Source: a virus
DNA length: 64,000 nucleotides
Strand: one strand, 5' to 3'
Virus record (IMG/VR): IMGVR_UViG_2599185214_000003
Numbering within the stretch: the first letter of the stretch is position 1; every line of letters starts with the position of its first letter. The position numbers were made by a program, and so were the translations under genes. The notes beneath the pieces were generated by a model. It made no database searches. It saw nothing but the letters and a program-made list of their open reading frames with translations, and had not been told where the DNA came from. Positions 43,374-51,652 of the stretch are shown piece by piece.

Positions 43374-43895
43374 ATCGAACTTTGCCCCGTTCGCCGCCGG
43401 CGCGCCCGCCCTACAGGGGGTGGCGAACAGCTGGCCCTGGTTCGGATCGATGCGCGCCTCGAGTGCGGTCACCTTGCGGCGCAGTTGCTTCACCTCCTCG
43501 CCGAGCTCGGCCGCCAGGATGGCTGCGTTGCGGCCGGTCTCGATCGCGGCGGCCTGGGCAGCGGCGCCGGCCATGAGGTTGGCCAGGGCGCGGTCCTCGC
43601 GCGGCGTGAGCGTGAGCACCTCGTCGCCGATCTCGATCTTCACCATGCCATCGGGCATCACCGTCTTCGACATCGGGCGCGCCGCGGGATGCTGGACGGC
43701 CGGGACGTAGACGCCGCGCTGCACGCGCAGCAACATGCCGTCGTCGGTCAGCGTGCCCAGCCGGTCGTCGATGACGGTGAGCTTCAGACCCGTGAGCTCG
43801 GCGAGCGTCTCCCGAGTCACGATCTGCTCTTGGTTGTGCAGGTCCTGCACGGCTTCGAGCACCAGGGCGGTTGTGGATTTGCGGGCATCGGGCAT
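43335..43895 (-). CDS. Winged-helix DNA-binding protein, candidate late activator
   Basis: VTRETLAELTGLKLTVIDDRLGTLTDDGMLLRVQRGVY wHTH pattern; last protein gene before the late region; its 3' end overlaps promoter copy 8 and the tRNA. Confidence 0.7.
   Translation of the reverse strand: MPDARKSTTALVLEAVQDLHNQEQIVTRETLAELTGLKLTVIDDRLGTLTDDGMLLRVQRGVYVPAVQHPAARPMSKTVMPDGMVKIEIGDEVLTLTPREDRALANLMAGAAAQAAAIETGRNAAILAAELGEEVKQLRRKVTALEARIDPNQGQLFATPCRAGAPAANGAKFDRGVAQPGRAQGS
43379..43419 (-). promoter_or_regulatory. Late-promoter motif copy 8 (tRNA/ncRNA cluster)
   Basis: CCCCTGTAGGG-N24-CAAAGT, then 5 nt to the tRNA 5' end. Confidence 0.7.
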
Positions 43896-43930
43896 CGATT
43901 GTTCTCCTCGTTAAATTGCATTGGCACTGC

Positions 43931-44629
43931 TCAAATGAGCGACAGGACCAGCTTGTAGACCGCGATGGTCGCGGCCGCGACGGCAAACAGGGCCGGCCAC
44001 ATGAGGGACATCGATTCCTTCGAATTGATCATCGTGTGTGCCCTTGCTCGCCAGATAAGCGCGCGTTGCCGGGGCACGTCGATGTAGACGCTTCCCTGAA
44101 TGGTGTTTCCGTGGGATCCGGAGCCCTTGTCATTCCAGTCAGCGCTGGCTTCCACGTTCTCGTTCCCGTTGGACGGGTTTGCGGTACCGCGAACCTTGAT
44201 CGATACGGCATCAGGGCGACGCCCCAACTGCTCGAAGAGGATCTGGGGTACCACCTGGTTGTAAAGGACGGCCATCTGCGGGTGGGCGCTCTTCGGGTAG
44301 GCGCCATCACGGAACCACTTGGCGACCTCGCGAAGGTAGACACGCTGGAAGAGCACCCCGTATCGGGCAATGACGGTGCCCTGAAAAAGCGCCCTGGCCT
44401 TCTCGACCTCCTCCGACCAGCGATAGCGCCATGCCATGTAGGTCAGCATCGCCAGCGCAGCGACCCAGACTTTCCAGTCGGACACCTGCACTGCCTGGGC
44501 GCCTGCCGCGCTCTTGATCGAGAAGAGTCGCTCGAGCACATCTGGCAGCGACACGTTGAACCACGCAACGCCGATGATGACGGCGCTCGTGACAATGAGA
44601 TTGCGGCGGATTTTGTCGTCGTCGTCCAT
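43931..44629 (-). CDS. Membrane protein, moron-like
   Basis: Likely start ATG 44629 after SD AAGGAG; three hydrophobic segments; lower GC. Confidence 0.65.
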   Translation of the reverse strand: MDDDDKIRRNLIVTSAVIIGVAWFNVSLPDVLERLFSIKSAAGAQAVQVSDWKVWVAALAMLTYMAWRYRWSEEVEKARALFQGTVIARYGVLFQRVYLREVAKWFRDGAYPKSAHPQMAVLYNQVVPQILFEQLGRRPDAVSIKVRGTANPSNGNENVEASADWNDKGSGSHGNTIQGSVYIDVPRQRALIWRARAHTMINSKESMSLMWPALFAVAAATIAVYKLVLSLI

Positions 44630-44655
44630 GTAGGTCTCCTTCTCCGGGTGGTGCT

Positions 44656-45201
44656 TTATACGATGTGCTGGACACGAGCAAGCGCCCATTCGGCGGCGCG
44701 GCGCTCGCGAGGCGTGGCCGGCTGCATGCCCGCGACGATGTCCTGCCAGATGGCCACCATCCAACGGTGGGCGGCCGCGAAACGCTCGATCTTCTCCGCC
44801 GCCGGCGCCGGGCCTTGGTCCAGCCATCGATGGCATGGCGCGCAGCCGTACACGTGCCACTGGTCATCAGCCTTGCGCGCGCCGGCCTTGCCATGCACCG
44901 ACTGGTTGCTATGGCATGCCACCGTGGTGGCCGGGTCTGGCCGGCAGATGCCGGGCACCGACAGCAGGCAGCGCTGGCCGCGCGCCATCGACAGCAGCGC
45001 CGGGTTGCGCTGTGCTTCGGTCTTCGGCGCGCCGCCCCGGAAGTCCGCATCGTTGATCGCAGCCATGCGAACGATGCGGCCTGACACCTGCTGCACGCGG
45101 ACCAGCACCGTGATGTCCGGGCCCGCGGCCAGGTCCACGCCGATGACCTTGGGCCGTGGGCGCTTGAACGCGGTTCGCTTCAGGGGCGCGCTGCGCTTCA
45201 T
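44656..45201 (-). CDS. DUF1364 / YbcO-like HNH-type nuclease
   Basis: RGQRCLLSVPGIC...TTVACH...KADD...GCAPCHRWLD. Confidence 0.8.
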   Translation of the reverse strand: MKRSAPLKRTAFKRPRPKVIGVDLAAGPDITVLVRVQQVSGRIVRMAAINDADFRGGAPKTEAQRNPALLSMARGQRCLLSVPGICRPDPATTVACHSNQSVHGKAGARKADDQWHVYGCAPCHRWLDQGPAPAAEKIERFAAAHRWMVAIWQDIVAGMQPATPRERRAAEWALARVQHIV

Positions 45202-45419
45202 GGCATGACCCGATCACACCAATGGCGCCAGAGGTCGGAAAAGATTGCGCCGCCGAGGAGCTGGCACACGGACTCGTAAGGAACGCTCATGACGTGCGCG
45301 ATGGTTGGCGCGGCCTGCCTTTGCTCGCAGAAGCGGCGAAACACCTCGGCCGCCTGCTCGTGGGTAATGCCTCCTTCCAGCTGCGCCGCGGCCGGGCTCG
45401 GGAACAGAACGACCGTCAC
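45198..45419 (-). CDS. Small HTH-like hypothetical protein
   Basis: Likely GTG start overlapping the upstream stop; IAHVMSVPYESVCQLL. Confidence 0.5.
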   Translation of the reverse strand: MTVVLFPSPAAAQLEGGITHEQAAEVFRRFCEQRQAAPTIAHVMSVPYESVCQLLGGAIFSDLWRHWCDRVMP

Positions 45420-45916
45420 GGGCAAACCGCTCCGACGATTTCGCCCGTATCCGGGTCGACCTGCATCCGCTCCCACTGTTCGAAGCTGGCGGGGAACGTC
45501 ACGCCGAGCTCGGTGGCGGCGAACGCGCTCACTCGGTCAATGAACCGGCTGTAGCCCTTCACGCCGAGGTCCTCGGAGCTGACGCGCACGCGCCGGCGCA
45601 CCTTCTTGCCCGTGAGAGGGTTCTTGGTCGTGACGGTCTTGTAGCCCAAGTACTCCTCGCGGAAGTGCTCCTTCCAGACCTTGAGTGTGAACTGGGCCCC
45701 GTTCGGTCGCGCCTGCGCCGCGATCGTCTTCAGCACCACCCCGTGGTAGTACTTCCGCTGCCGATCGGTCTTTGCATCTTCATGCAGGCGAATCTCGATT
45801 TCGAGGCGACGGCCCGCTGCCCACTGCTCCTTGCACCACGGCGCAACGCGCTCGAGGAAGCTGGAGCGGGCCCGCTCCTGGTCGGGCCAAACAACAGTGA
45901 GGGCAAGGTCGGTCAT
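45416..45916 (-). CDS. NinB/YbcN-like recombination protein
   Basis: KTDRQRKYYHGVVLKTIA...WKEHF...SSEDLGVKGYSRFIDRV. Confidence 0.72.
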   Translation of the reverse strand: MTDLALTVVWPDQERARSSFLERVAPWCKEQWAAGRRLEIEIRLHEDAKTDRQRKYYHGVVLKTIAAQARPNGAQFTLKVWKEHFREEYLGYKTVTTKNPLTGKKVRRRVRVSSEDLGVKGYSRFIDRVSAFAATELGVTFPASFEQWERMQVDPDTGEIVGAVCP

Positions 45917-46347
45917 CGAGCGGTTCTCCGGTAGGGCCACGCCACCATGGCGGCGTCGCGTTCGTGTTGATTGCTGCGCGTGGCCCAGCGGGTCACGAGC
46001 TCGAAGGCTGCCGCGTCCAGCTTGGCGCCCTTGGCGGTCGGGCTGATGCCGTGGGCGGGGATGCCCAGGTCAGCGCACACCGCGGTGATGAGGCTGCACC
46101 AGGCATCGACCTGGCCAAGCGAGCGGGCCGTGGCCAGCGCGGCGCCGTAGTCCTTCTTAGACCGGGCGTTCCAGACGCGCCGCTCCAGCCGGCTGTCCTC
46201 GAACACCACGCGCGCCGGCATGTAGTGGCGCAGGTTGTGCTCGATGGAGTGCGGCTCGATGGTCTTCAGGAACGTGATGACGCCGCCGTCGAAAGCGGCG
46301 AGGCCGGTGCTGGCACCCGGATCGATGCCGAGGATGTGGACCGTCAC
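45913..46347 (-). CDS. RuvC-like Holliday junction resolvase-fold protein
   Basis: GTG 46347; ILGIDPGASTGLA, VVFED and NQHERDAA motifs. Confidence 0.75.
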   Translation of the reverse strand: MTVHILGIDPGASTGLAAFDGGVITFLKTIEPHSIEHNLRHYMPARVVFEDSRLERRVWNARSKKDYGAALATARSLGQVDAWCSLITAVCADLGIPAHGISPTAKGAKLDAAAFELVTRWATRSNQHERDAAMVAWPYRRTAR

Positions 46348-46607
46348 AGCAGGGCTCCTTGGGGCGAGGTGCGCAGCGCTTCCATACGGGCGGCCGCGGT
46401 CTTGACGGCCTCGTGGCCGACCTTCCAGTCCTTGCCCCAGATGGTGCGCAGGGCGGTCTTGTATTCGTCGCGCAGCGTCCCGTCCTGGCGCGAGCGCCAG
46501 TACTCCGGCCCGTTGGCGATGCCTCGGGCGAGGCATTCCCGGCAGTTGGCCGTGTAGCCCGGCCAGTCGGCGCGGATGGCTGCCTTTTCGCAGTTCGGGC
46601 ACGTCAT
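46344..46607 (-). CDS. Small Cys-motif hypothetical protein
   Basis: MTCPNC...NCREC; coupled starts and stops. Confidence 0.6.
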   Translation of the reverse strand: MTCPNCEKAAIRADWPGYTANCRECLARGIANGPEYWRSRQDGTLRDEYKTALRTIWGKDWKVGHEAVKTAAARMEALRTSPQGALL

Positions 46608-47038
46608 GCTGCGATGCCCTCCAGCAGAGACTCGAAGGAGGCCCAGTCGAGGTGTCCGGTCTTCAGCTTGAGCTCCAGGTCGCATGCGGCATCGATCAGC
46701 GACTTGCGCTGCAGGCCGTCGACGAGACGGTCACAGGCCTCCAACCCCGAGCGAAGCGAAGCCCGGCGCGTCGGGTCGATGACCGGCACCCCCGCCTGCT
46801 CGTACAGGGCGTTGCATGCACCGCGCACGATGCGCACGTCCGGCAGGTCGTGGTCAATGTCTTCGGCCATGAGCGCGCCCAGCACCACGAACAACACTCG
46901 GCCGGCCGCGGCCACGAACTGGTCGCTGTCGTCGCCCAGGATGGCGTGGATCTGCGCGCGCACGGCTGTCGCATGCCACTGTTTCTCGATGAGGGCCCGG
47001 GCGATCAACCCGAGCGTGGTGGTACGGCGGCGGGCCAT
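46604..47038 (-). CDS. Hypothetical phage protein
   Basis: 144-aa ORF, coupled to neighbours. Confidence 0.6.
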   Translation of the reverse strand: MARRRTTTLGLIARALIEKQWHATAVRAQIHAILGDDSDQFVAAAGRVLFVVLGALMAEDIDHDLPDVRIVRGACNALYEQAGVPVIDPTRRASLRSGLEACDRLVDGLQRKSLIDAACDLELKLKTGHLDWASFESLLEGIAA

Positions 47039-47565
47039 CAGACAGCACCTCCCAACATGCCCAGGCCCATCGGGGCGCGGCGCGATCCGGACCGGATGTG
47101 CGCGGAGGTGCCGATGCCGAGTCCCCAGCGCCGATCGAACTCGACCGCGGGAACGGAGCTGCTTCGGATCTCCTGAACCATGTCCTCAGTGATCGGCGAC
47201 AGCCGGCGTTGTGCCGTCGCAATGCGACGCGATGCCAGCAGCGACTTCGGTTGCCCCTTCTGCAGCTTCGACTGGTGGACCGCGATCAGGCAGTCGGGGT
47301 GAACGCATAGTTCGCAGTCGCACTTCACCGTGACCACGCGATCAGCGCGGATGCTGCCGCGCGTCAGCACCCACAGCACCCGACGGACGTTGTAGGCCCG
47401 GCCCTTGGCGCCGCCAAGGCGGATCTGCGGGCTGCGGCCGAGGTTGGCGTGGCCCGTCCAGGCGAGGCATTCGCCTTCGGGCTCGGTGTGCTTCAGCAGG
47501 CGCGCGAGCGTCAGCTGCTCGAACACCTCGATCTCGGCATCCCAGGGATTGATCGACGGAATCAT
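47038..47565 (-). CDS. Degenerate HNH-endonuclease-like protein
   Basis: ECLAWTG...VRRVLW...KCDCELCVHPDCL, followed by a C-terminal HTH-like region. Confidence 0.6.
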   Translation of the reverse strand: MIPSINPWDAEIEVFEQLTLARLLKHTEPEGECLAWTGHANLGRSPQIRLGGAKGRAYNVRRVLWVLTRGSIRADRVVTVKCDCELCVHPDCLIAVHQSKLQKGQPKSLLASRRIATAQRRLSPITEDMVQEIRSSSVPAVEFDRRWGLGIGTSAHIRSGSRRAPMGLGMLGGAV

Positions 47566-47792
47566 GCGTGCTCCGGGCTCTGTTCGAAAGCGAGGTCGTT
47601 GGCGGGCTGCAGCGCGGCGAAGTGCTCGGCACACGCATCGAGGCGGGCACGTTCGACGGCTCGGTACGGGCGCAGGGCGGCCGCCGCTGCCGGTGCGGCG
47701 CGCTGATGCAGCGAGCGCTCGTACACGGCGATCTGATGGAGGTTGCGCTGAGCGGACACCGCCACCTGGGCGATGGTGAATGCAGTGGTCAT
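47562..47792 (-). CDS. Hypothetical phage protein
   Basis: Start ATG 47792 overlaps the stop of the replication gene. Confidence 0.5.
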   Translation of the reverse strand: MTTAFTIAQVAVSAQRNLHQIAVYERSLHQRAAPAAAAALRPYRAVERARLDACAEHFAALQPANDLAFEQSPEHA

Positions 47793-48754
47793 GCTGGAAT
47801 TCCTTGTCGTTGCTCCACGGCCCGGCGGACGCGGGCAGTGAATTGGGGGAACGTCTCGCGGTCGACGCTCAGGTCGTGCTCGTTCCACCGACCCAGGCCG
47901 AGCTCTACGGCCTTGGCTTCGATGGTCGAACGGTTCTCGTCCCACGGCTTCTCGGGCATCCCGACGCCGGCGGCGATCTGCGCGGCCTCGCCGAGCTGAC
48001 GCTTGACGATGCCCAGCAGGTAGTTGAAGCCCTTGGGCGGGACCGACTTCGCGCAGATGTCCGCCGCAGCTTGGAAGGTCTCGATGGGCACGCCCTTGGC
48101 GATGAGCGCAAGCAGCTCCGGGCTCGACGGGTTGACGTCAGCGACCTTCCGGTCCTTGATCGCGCGGCACACCTCCCCCGCCTTCGTCGGGCTTTGCCCC
48201 TCACCCCCCACCGATGCGGCCGTAGTTCGGGCGTGGTGGTGGTTTTCTTCTTTACCAGTACTGGTTCCGGTTCCGGTTCCGGTTCCGGTTCCGGTGCCGT
48301 CTCTCCCGGTGTCGCTCCGGGTGTCGTCCTGCTGGCGTCCATCGTCTGTCCCATGGGACAGACCAGTCCTTTCCGCCTCTTTCCGTTGGCGGTACTCGGC
48401 CTTCCGGCGGCGCTCCGCCTCGCGGGCGGCCAGCATTTCCAGCACACGCTTCGTCACTGTGTCGTGGTACAGGCGGCCGTCCTCGGCCTCCCACCAGCCG
48501 CGCATGAGCTTGGAGCGCACCTTGGCGAAGGTCTTCATCGGCATGCCGATGCGCACGGCGATCAGCTCATCTTCGTTGGGCAGCGAGCCGCAGGGCTCCT
48601 GCCTCCATGCGGACAGCCACAGCATCAGGAGCCAAGGCTTCACGTCCGCTGGCGCCAGCGCCCACGTGTCTGATTGCTCGATACGCTCGTGGTCCAGCTC
48701 GAAGCGCCAGCCCTTCGCCCGAGTTTCTGCAGGGTATGGAACTGGACGTGTCAC
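47789..48754 (-). CDS. Phage replication initiator (DUF1376/YdaU-like N-terminus)
   Basis: GTG 48754; WLLMLWLSAWRQEPCGSLPNEDELIA...GWWEAEDGRLYH, a (GT)n linker, and a YLLGIV C-domain. Confidence 0.72.
   Translation of the reverse strand: MTRPVPYPAETRAKGWRFELDHERIEQSDTWALAPADVKPWLLMLWLSAWRQEPCGSLPNEDELIAVRIGMPMKTFAKVRSKLMRGWWEAEDGRLYHDTVTKRVLEMLAAREAERRRKAEYRQRKEAERTGLSHGTDDGRQQDDTRSDTGRDGTGTGTGTGTGTSTGKEENHHHARTTAASVGGEGQSPTKAGEVCRAIKDRKVADVNPSSPELLALIAKGVPIETFQAAADICAKSVPPKGFNYLLGIVKRQLGEAAQIAAGVGMPEKPWDENRSTIEAKAVELGLGRWNEHDLSVDRETFPQFTARVRRAVEQRQGIPA
48243..48298. repeat. (GGTTCC)5 plus GGTGCC tandem hexamer with adjacent T-rich tract; possible origin region
   Basis: Repeats at 48263-48298 inside the replication gene, next to TTTTCTTCTTTA. 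Confidence 0.55.
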
Positions 48755-50559
48755 GCGGCCTTCCTCTCCTGCTCGTGGCCGTAGTCGCTGTAGTTGGCGG
48801 CGACCAGAAGCCTCATGGGCAGCGGACTCACCGAATTGCCGCACATGCGCACCTGCGCCGTCTTCGTCAGCAGCTTGCCGCTGGCCGTGCGGTCGATCGT
48901 GTAGGTGGGCGGGAAGTCCTGGGCGTTGTAGAGCTCTCGCGGCGTGAGCATGCGCAGGCAGATGTCCACGATGACCCACGGCTCGCCCTTGAGCCACACG
49001 GTGACCAGCGCCAGGCGGTCGTGCGTGGTGATGGTGGTGGCCGGGTCGCGGAGGTCGGCCCACTGGCCGCCCGAGGCGTGATAGCGCATGAGGAAGGCGG
49101 CGCAGCGCAGTGCGCCCTCCTCGTGCTCCTTGCCCAGGTGGTACTCGACCAGCGCCTGATGCTCGCCGGCGGCCGCGATCGTGGTCAGCGGATCTCGGGC
49201 ATCGCGGCCCTCGCTGTTGCGGCGCAACGTGGTCAGGTGCGCTGTGATGAGCTGCTGCTGGCTGCCGCTCGCCGTCACGGCCGAAACCGGCTCGCGGACA
49301 TCGCGTGCATGCGTAGTGTTGAAGCCGCCGTTCGCCTGCACCATGAATGCCGTCGTCAGGCCATGCTTCTTCCCGCCCGCGGTGACGGTGCCCAGCGCCT
49401 TCTGAAGGTCAAGAACTCGCGGCGCCTGGCCATCGCGCTCGCCGTATCCCATCTGCACCAGCACTGCAGCCGCCAGCGCCGTCTCGCCCCCTTTGGCGGT
49501 GGTGATGGTGCGCTGCGGCTCCCGCACATCGAAGGCGACGTCCCGCGTGTGCGTCACCGGCACCAGCGTGGGTGCCAGAAGCATCTTGTGGCCGCCCGTC
49601 AGCACGGGGCCGATGGGGTCGGACACCGGCCGCGGCACGTTGTTCGCCATGTTGTTGACGATGAACGGCTCCGGGCAGTCCAGTACGAACTTGCGCATGC
49701 CGTGCGCGATGCGGCGCATCGTCGCGTCGGCCAGCGGCTTCTTCCGGTTGAAGATGCTCTGGCCCTGGATGCTCCAGTTGATGCATTCGGCTGCCGGCCG
49801 GTGGGCCTTCAACTTGCCTGTCGGCCTCTTGGCGTGCGTCTTCTCCGGCCACACGATCGGCAGGCCGTCGCAGCGCGCCACCATGTACAGCCGCGTCCGG
49901 GTGCTGTGCGCGCCCAGGTCTGCATTGCAGATCACGCGCCACTGCACCACGTAGCCCATGGCCCGCAGGCCCTCCACGAAGTGCCCCCAGTTGCGGCCGA
50001 GCTTCTTCTTGTCAGCCACCAGGAACTGGCGGTGCCGCGGCACATGCTCGCCGGCCTCGGCCACGCGGAACGACTTGCGTTTCGTGACCGGGTCGACGAC
50101 CTCGTCCAGGGTCACCACGCGCCCGGTCTTCGGGTCGCGCTTGGCGATCAGTGGCGACCATTGCAACATCTGCTCGACGTTCTCGAGCGTGATGACGTCG
50201 GGGCGCACCTTTCCCGCCCAGCGATGCACCACCCAGGCTAGCGCGCGAATCTTCTTCGAGCGCGGCTGCCCGCCCTTGGCTTGGCTATGGTCGGTACAGT
50301 CGGGCGAAGCATGCAGCAGGCCGACCTGCTGGCCGCGCACGACGGCGAGCGGATCGACCTCCCAGACATCGGCGCGGAAGTGCCGGGTCTGGGGATGATT
50401 CTTCTCGTGCATGCCGATCGCATCGGCGTCGTGGTTGACGGCGATGTCGACATGGCGACCGATCGCCTTCTCGATGCCGGTGCTTGCACCGCCGCCGCCG
50501 GCGAACAGGTCGATCACCAGCTTGGCGGACAGCGCGAGGATGAACTGAGGGGTCAGCAA
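48751..50559 (-). CDS. DNA (cytosine-5) methyltransferase
   Basis: Likely TTG start 50559; motif I DLFAGGGG, motif IV ASPDC, ENV, R-x-R, and C-terminal MCGNSV. Confidence 0.9.
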   Translation of the reverse strand: MLTPQFILALSAKLVIDLFAGGGGASTGIEKAIGRHVDIAVNHDADAIGMHEKNHPQTRHFRADVWEVDPLAVVRGQQVGLLHASPDCTDHSQAKGGQPRSKKIRALAWVVHRWAGKVRPDVITLENVEQMLQWSPLIAKRDPKTGRVVTLDEVVDPVTKRKSFRVAEAGEHVPRHRQFLVADKKKLGRNWGHFVEGLRAMGYVVQWRVICNADLGAHSTRTRLYMVARCDGLPIVWPEKTHAKRPTGKLKAHRPAAECINWSIQGQSIFNRKKPLADATMRRIAHGMRKFVLDCPEPFIVNNMANNVPRPVSDPIGPVLTGGHKMLLAPTLVPVTHTRDVAFDVREPQRTITTAKGGETALAAAVLVQMGYGERDGQAPRVLDLQKALGTVTAGGKKHGLTTAFMVQANGGFNTTHARDVREPVSAVTASGSQQQLITAHLTTLRRNSEGRDARDPLTTIAAAGEHQALVEYHLGKEHEEGALRCAAFLMRYHASGGQWADLRDPATTITTHDRLALVTVWLKGEPWVIVDICLRMLTPRELYNAQDFPPTYTIDRTASGKLLTKTAQVRMCGNSVSPLPMRLLVAANYSDYGHEQERKAA

Positions 50560-50861
50560 GGGCGGGTCTCCGGGAAAAGTTGGGCCTGATCGGGCTGCGG
50601 AATGCGCAGCAGCTTCTGGCGCTTGTTGGTGTGGGGGTCGATGCGGAAGCCGCGCTCCTCGAGGTGACCGGCGGCAAGTAGGGAGTCCACGCGGCCGCAC
50701 ACGCCATTGATGGGCATGCGGGCCTTCTGGCTGATCTGTTGGCGGCTGAGCGAGACGCCCGGCCGCTGGAACAAGCGCATGACCTGTTCTTCCTTCGGCG
50801 ACAGGTAGAACCGCGGCGACAGGGAATGAAAGGCTTCGGCAGAGGTTTCGGCAACGGTCAT
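50553..50861 (-). CDS. Small winged-helix protein
   Basis: LSRQQISQKARMPINGVCGRVDSLLAAGHLEE. Confidence 0.7.
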   Translation of the reverse strand: MTVAETSAEAFHSLSPRFYLSPKEEQVMRLFQRPGVSLSRQQISQKARMPINGVCGRVDSLLAAGHLEERGFRIDPHTNKRQKLLRIPQPDQAQLFPETRPC

Positions 50862-51652
50862 TCGGCCACCTTCCCGTGCAGCTCGCGCAGCGTTTCGAGC
50901 GCTTGCTCGACATTCCGTACAGCAGCTGGCAGCCCGCGCCACGAGGTCATCGGGTCGGCCTTCAGCGCGAACTTGATCGCGTGCACCTGGCTTTCTTCCG
51001 GCTGCCACTCGAGCAGGTCGATGCCTGTGGCGTCCTTGAGCTTCGCCAGCTTGTCGACCAGCTCCTGGTGCTTCTCGCCGCGGCGGCGCATTTCTTTGGC
51101 GATGCGCTCCTCGACGGTCTTGTCGACCTTCGACAGCGCTTCCTCGGTGGCGCGCTTGACCATGCCCTCCACGTCGCGCACGGGCTTGCGCAGCAGCGCG
51201 CCGAGGAAGGTCTTGGACAGCGCGATCGGCTCCAGCTTGGGCGCCGGCTTCAAGTACTTCAGCCTGGCGCCATCGAACTCGATGAAGCCCCAGTTGGTCG
51301 GGATCTCGTCCAGCTTCGCTACGCCGGGCGCGGCCAGCAGGAACCAGCGGTCCATGTACTGCATCACCGGCCAGGCTTTCGCCGGCAGCTTCATTTCGCG
51401 CTGCCAGTCCGACCGCGAGGTCTTGACCTCGTAGCCGACCAAGTCCATTCCGCGGGACGGCCACAGATTCATCACCACGATGTCGGCGAAGGTCCGCGCG
51501 TTCGAGCCCGTGCCGCTCGCCACTTCGAAGAGGCATGCGTAACCGTTGGCCTCGCCGAAGGTGGCAGCCATGTGCTGGTTCACCATGGCCGTGGTGACCT
51601 TCCCGCGTGCCGGCGCGTCCGCGCCTACGTCGTCAAGCTGCAGCTGGCTCAT
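50858..51652 (-). CDS. MmcB-like PD-(D/E)xK nuclease-fold protein
   Basis: FEV...ADIVVMNLWPSRG...GYEVKTSRSDW...NWG. Confidence 0.72.
   Translation of the reverse strand: MSQLQLDDVGADAPARGKVTTAMVNQHMAATFGEANGYACLFEVASGTGSNARTFADIVVMNLWPSRGMDLVGYEVKTSRSDWQREMKLPAKAWPVMQYMDRWFLLAAPGVAKLDEIPTNWGFIEFDGARLKYLKPAPKLEPIALSKTFLGALLRKPVRDVEGMVKRATEEALSKVDKTVEERIAKEMRRRGEKHQELVDKLAKLKDATGIDLLEWQPEESQVHAIKFALKADPMTSWRGLPAAVRNVEQALETLRELHGKVAE

Noticed and set aside
3443-43419. Repeated CCCTACAGGGG as CRISPR repeats, REP elements or att sites
   Set aside because: Copies are kilobases apart, all in one orientation and at fixed spacing to a -10 hexamer, which fits promoters.
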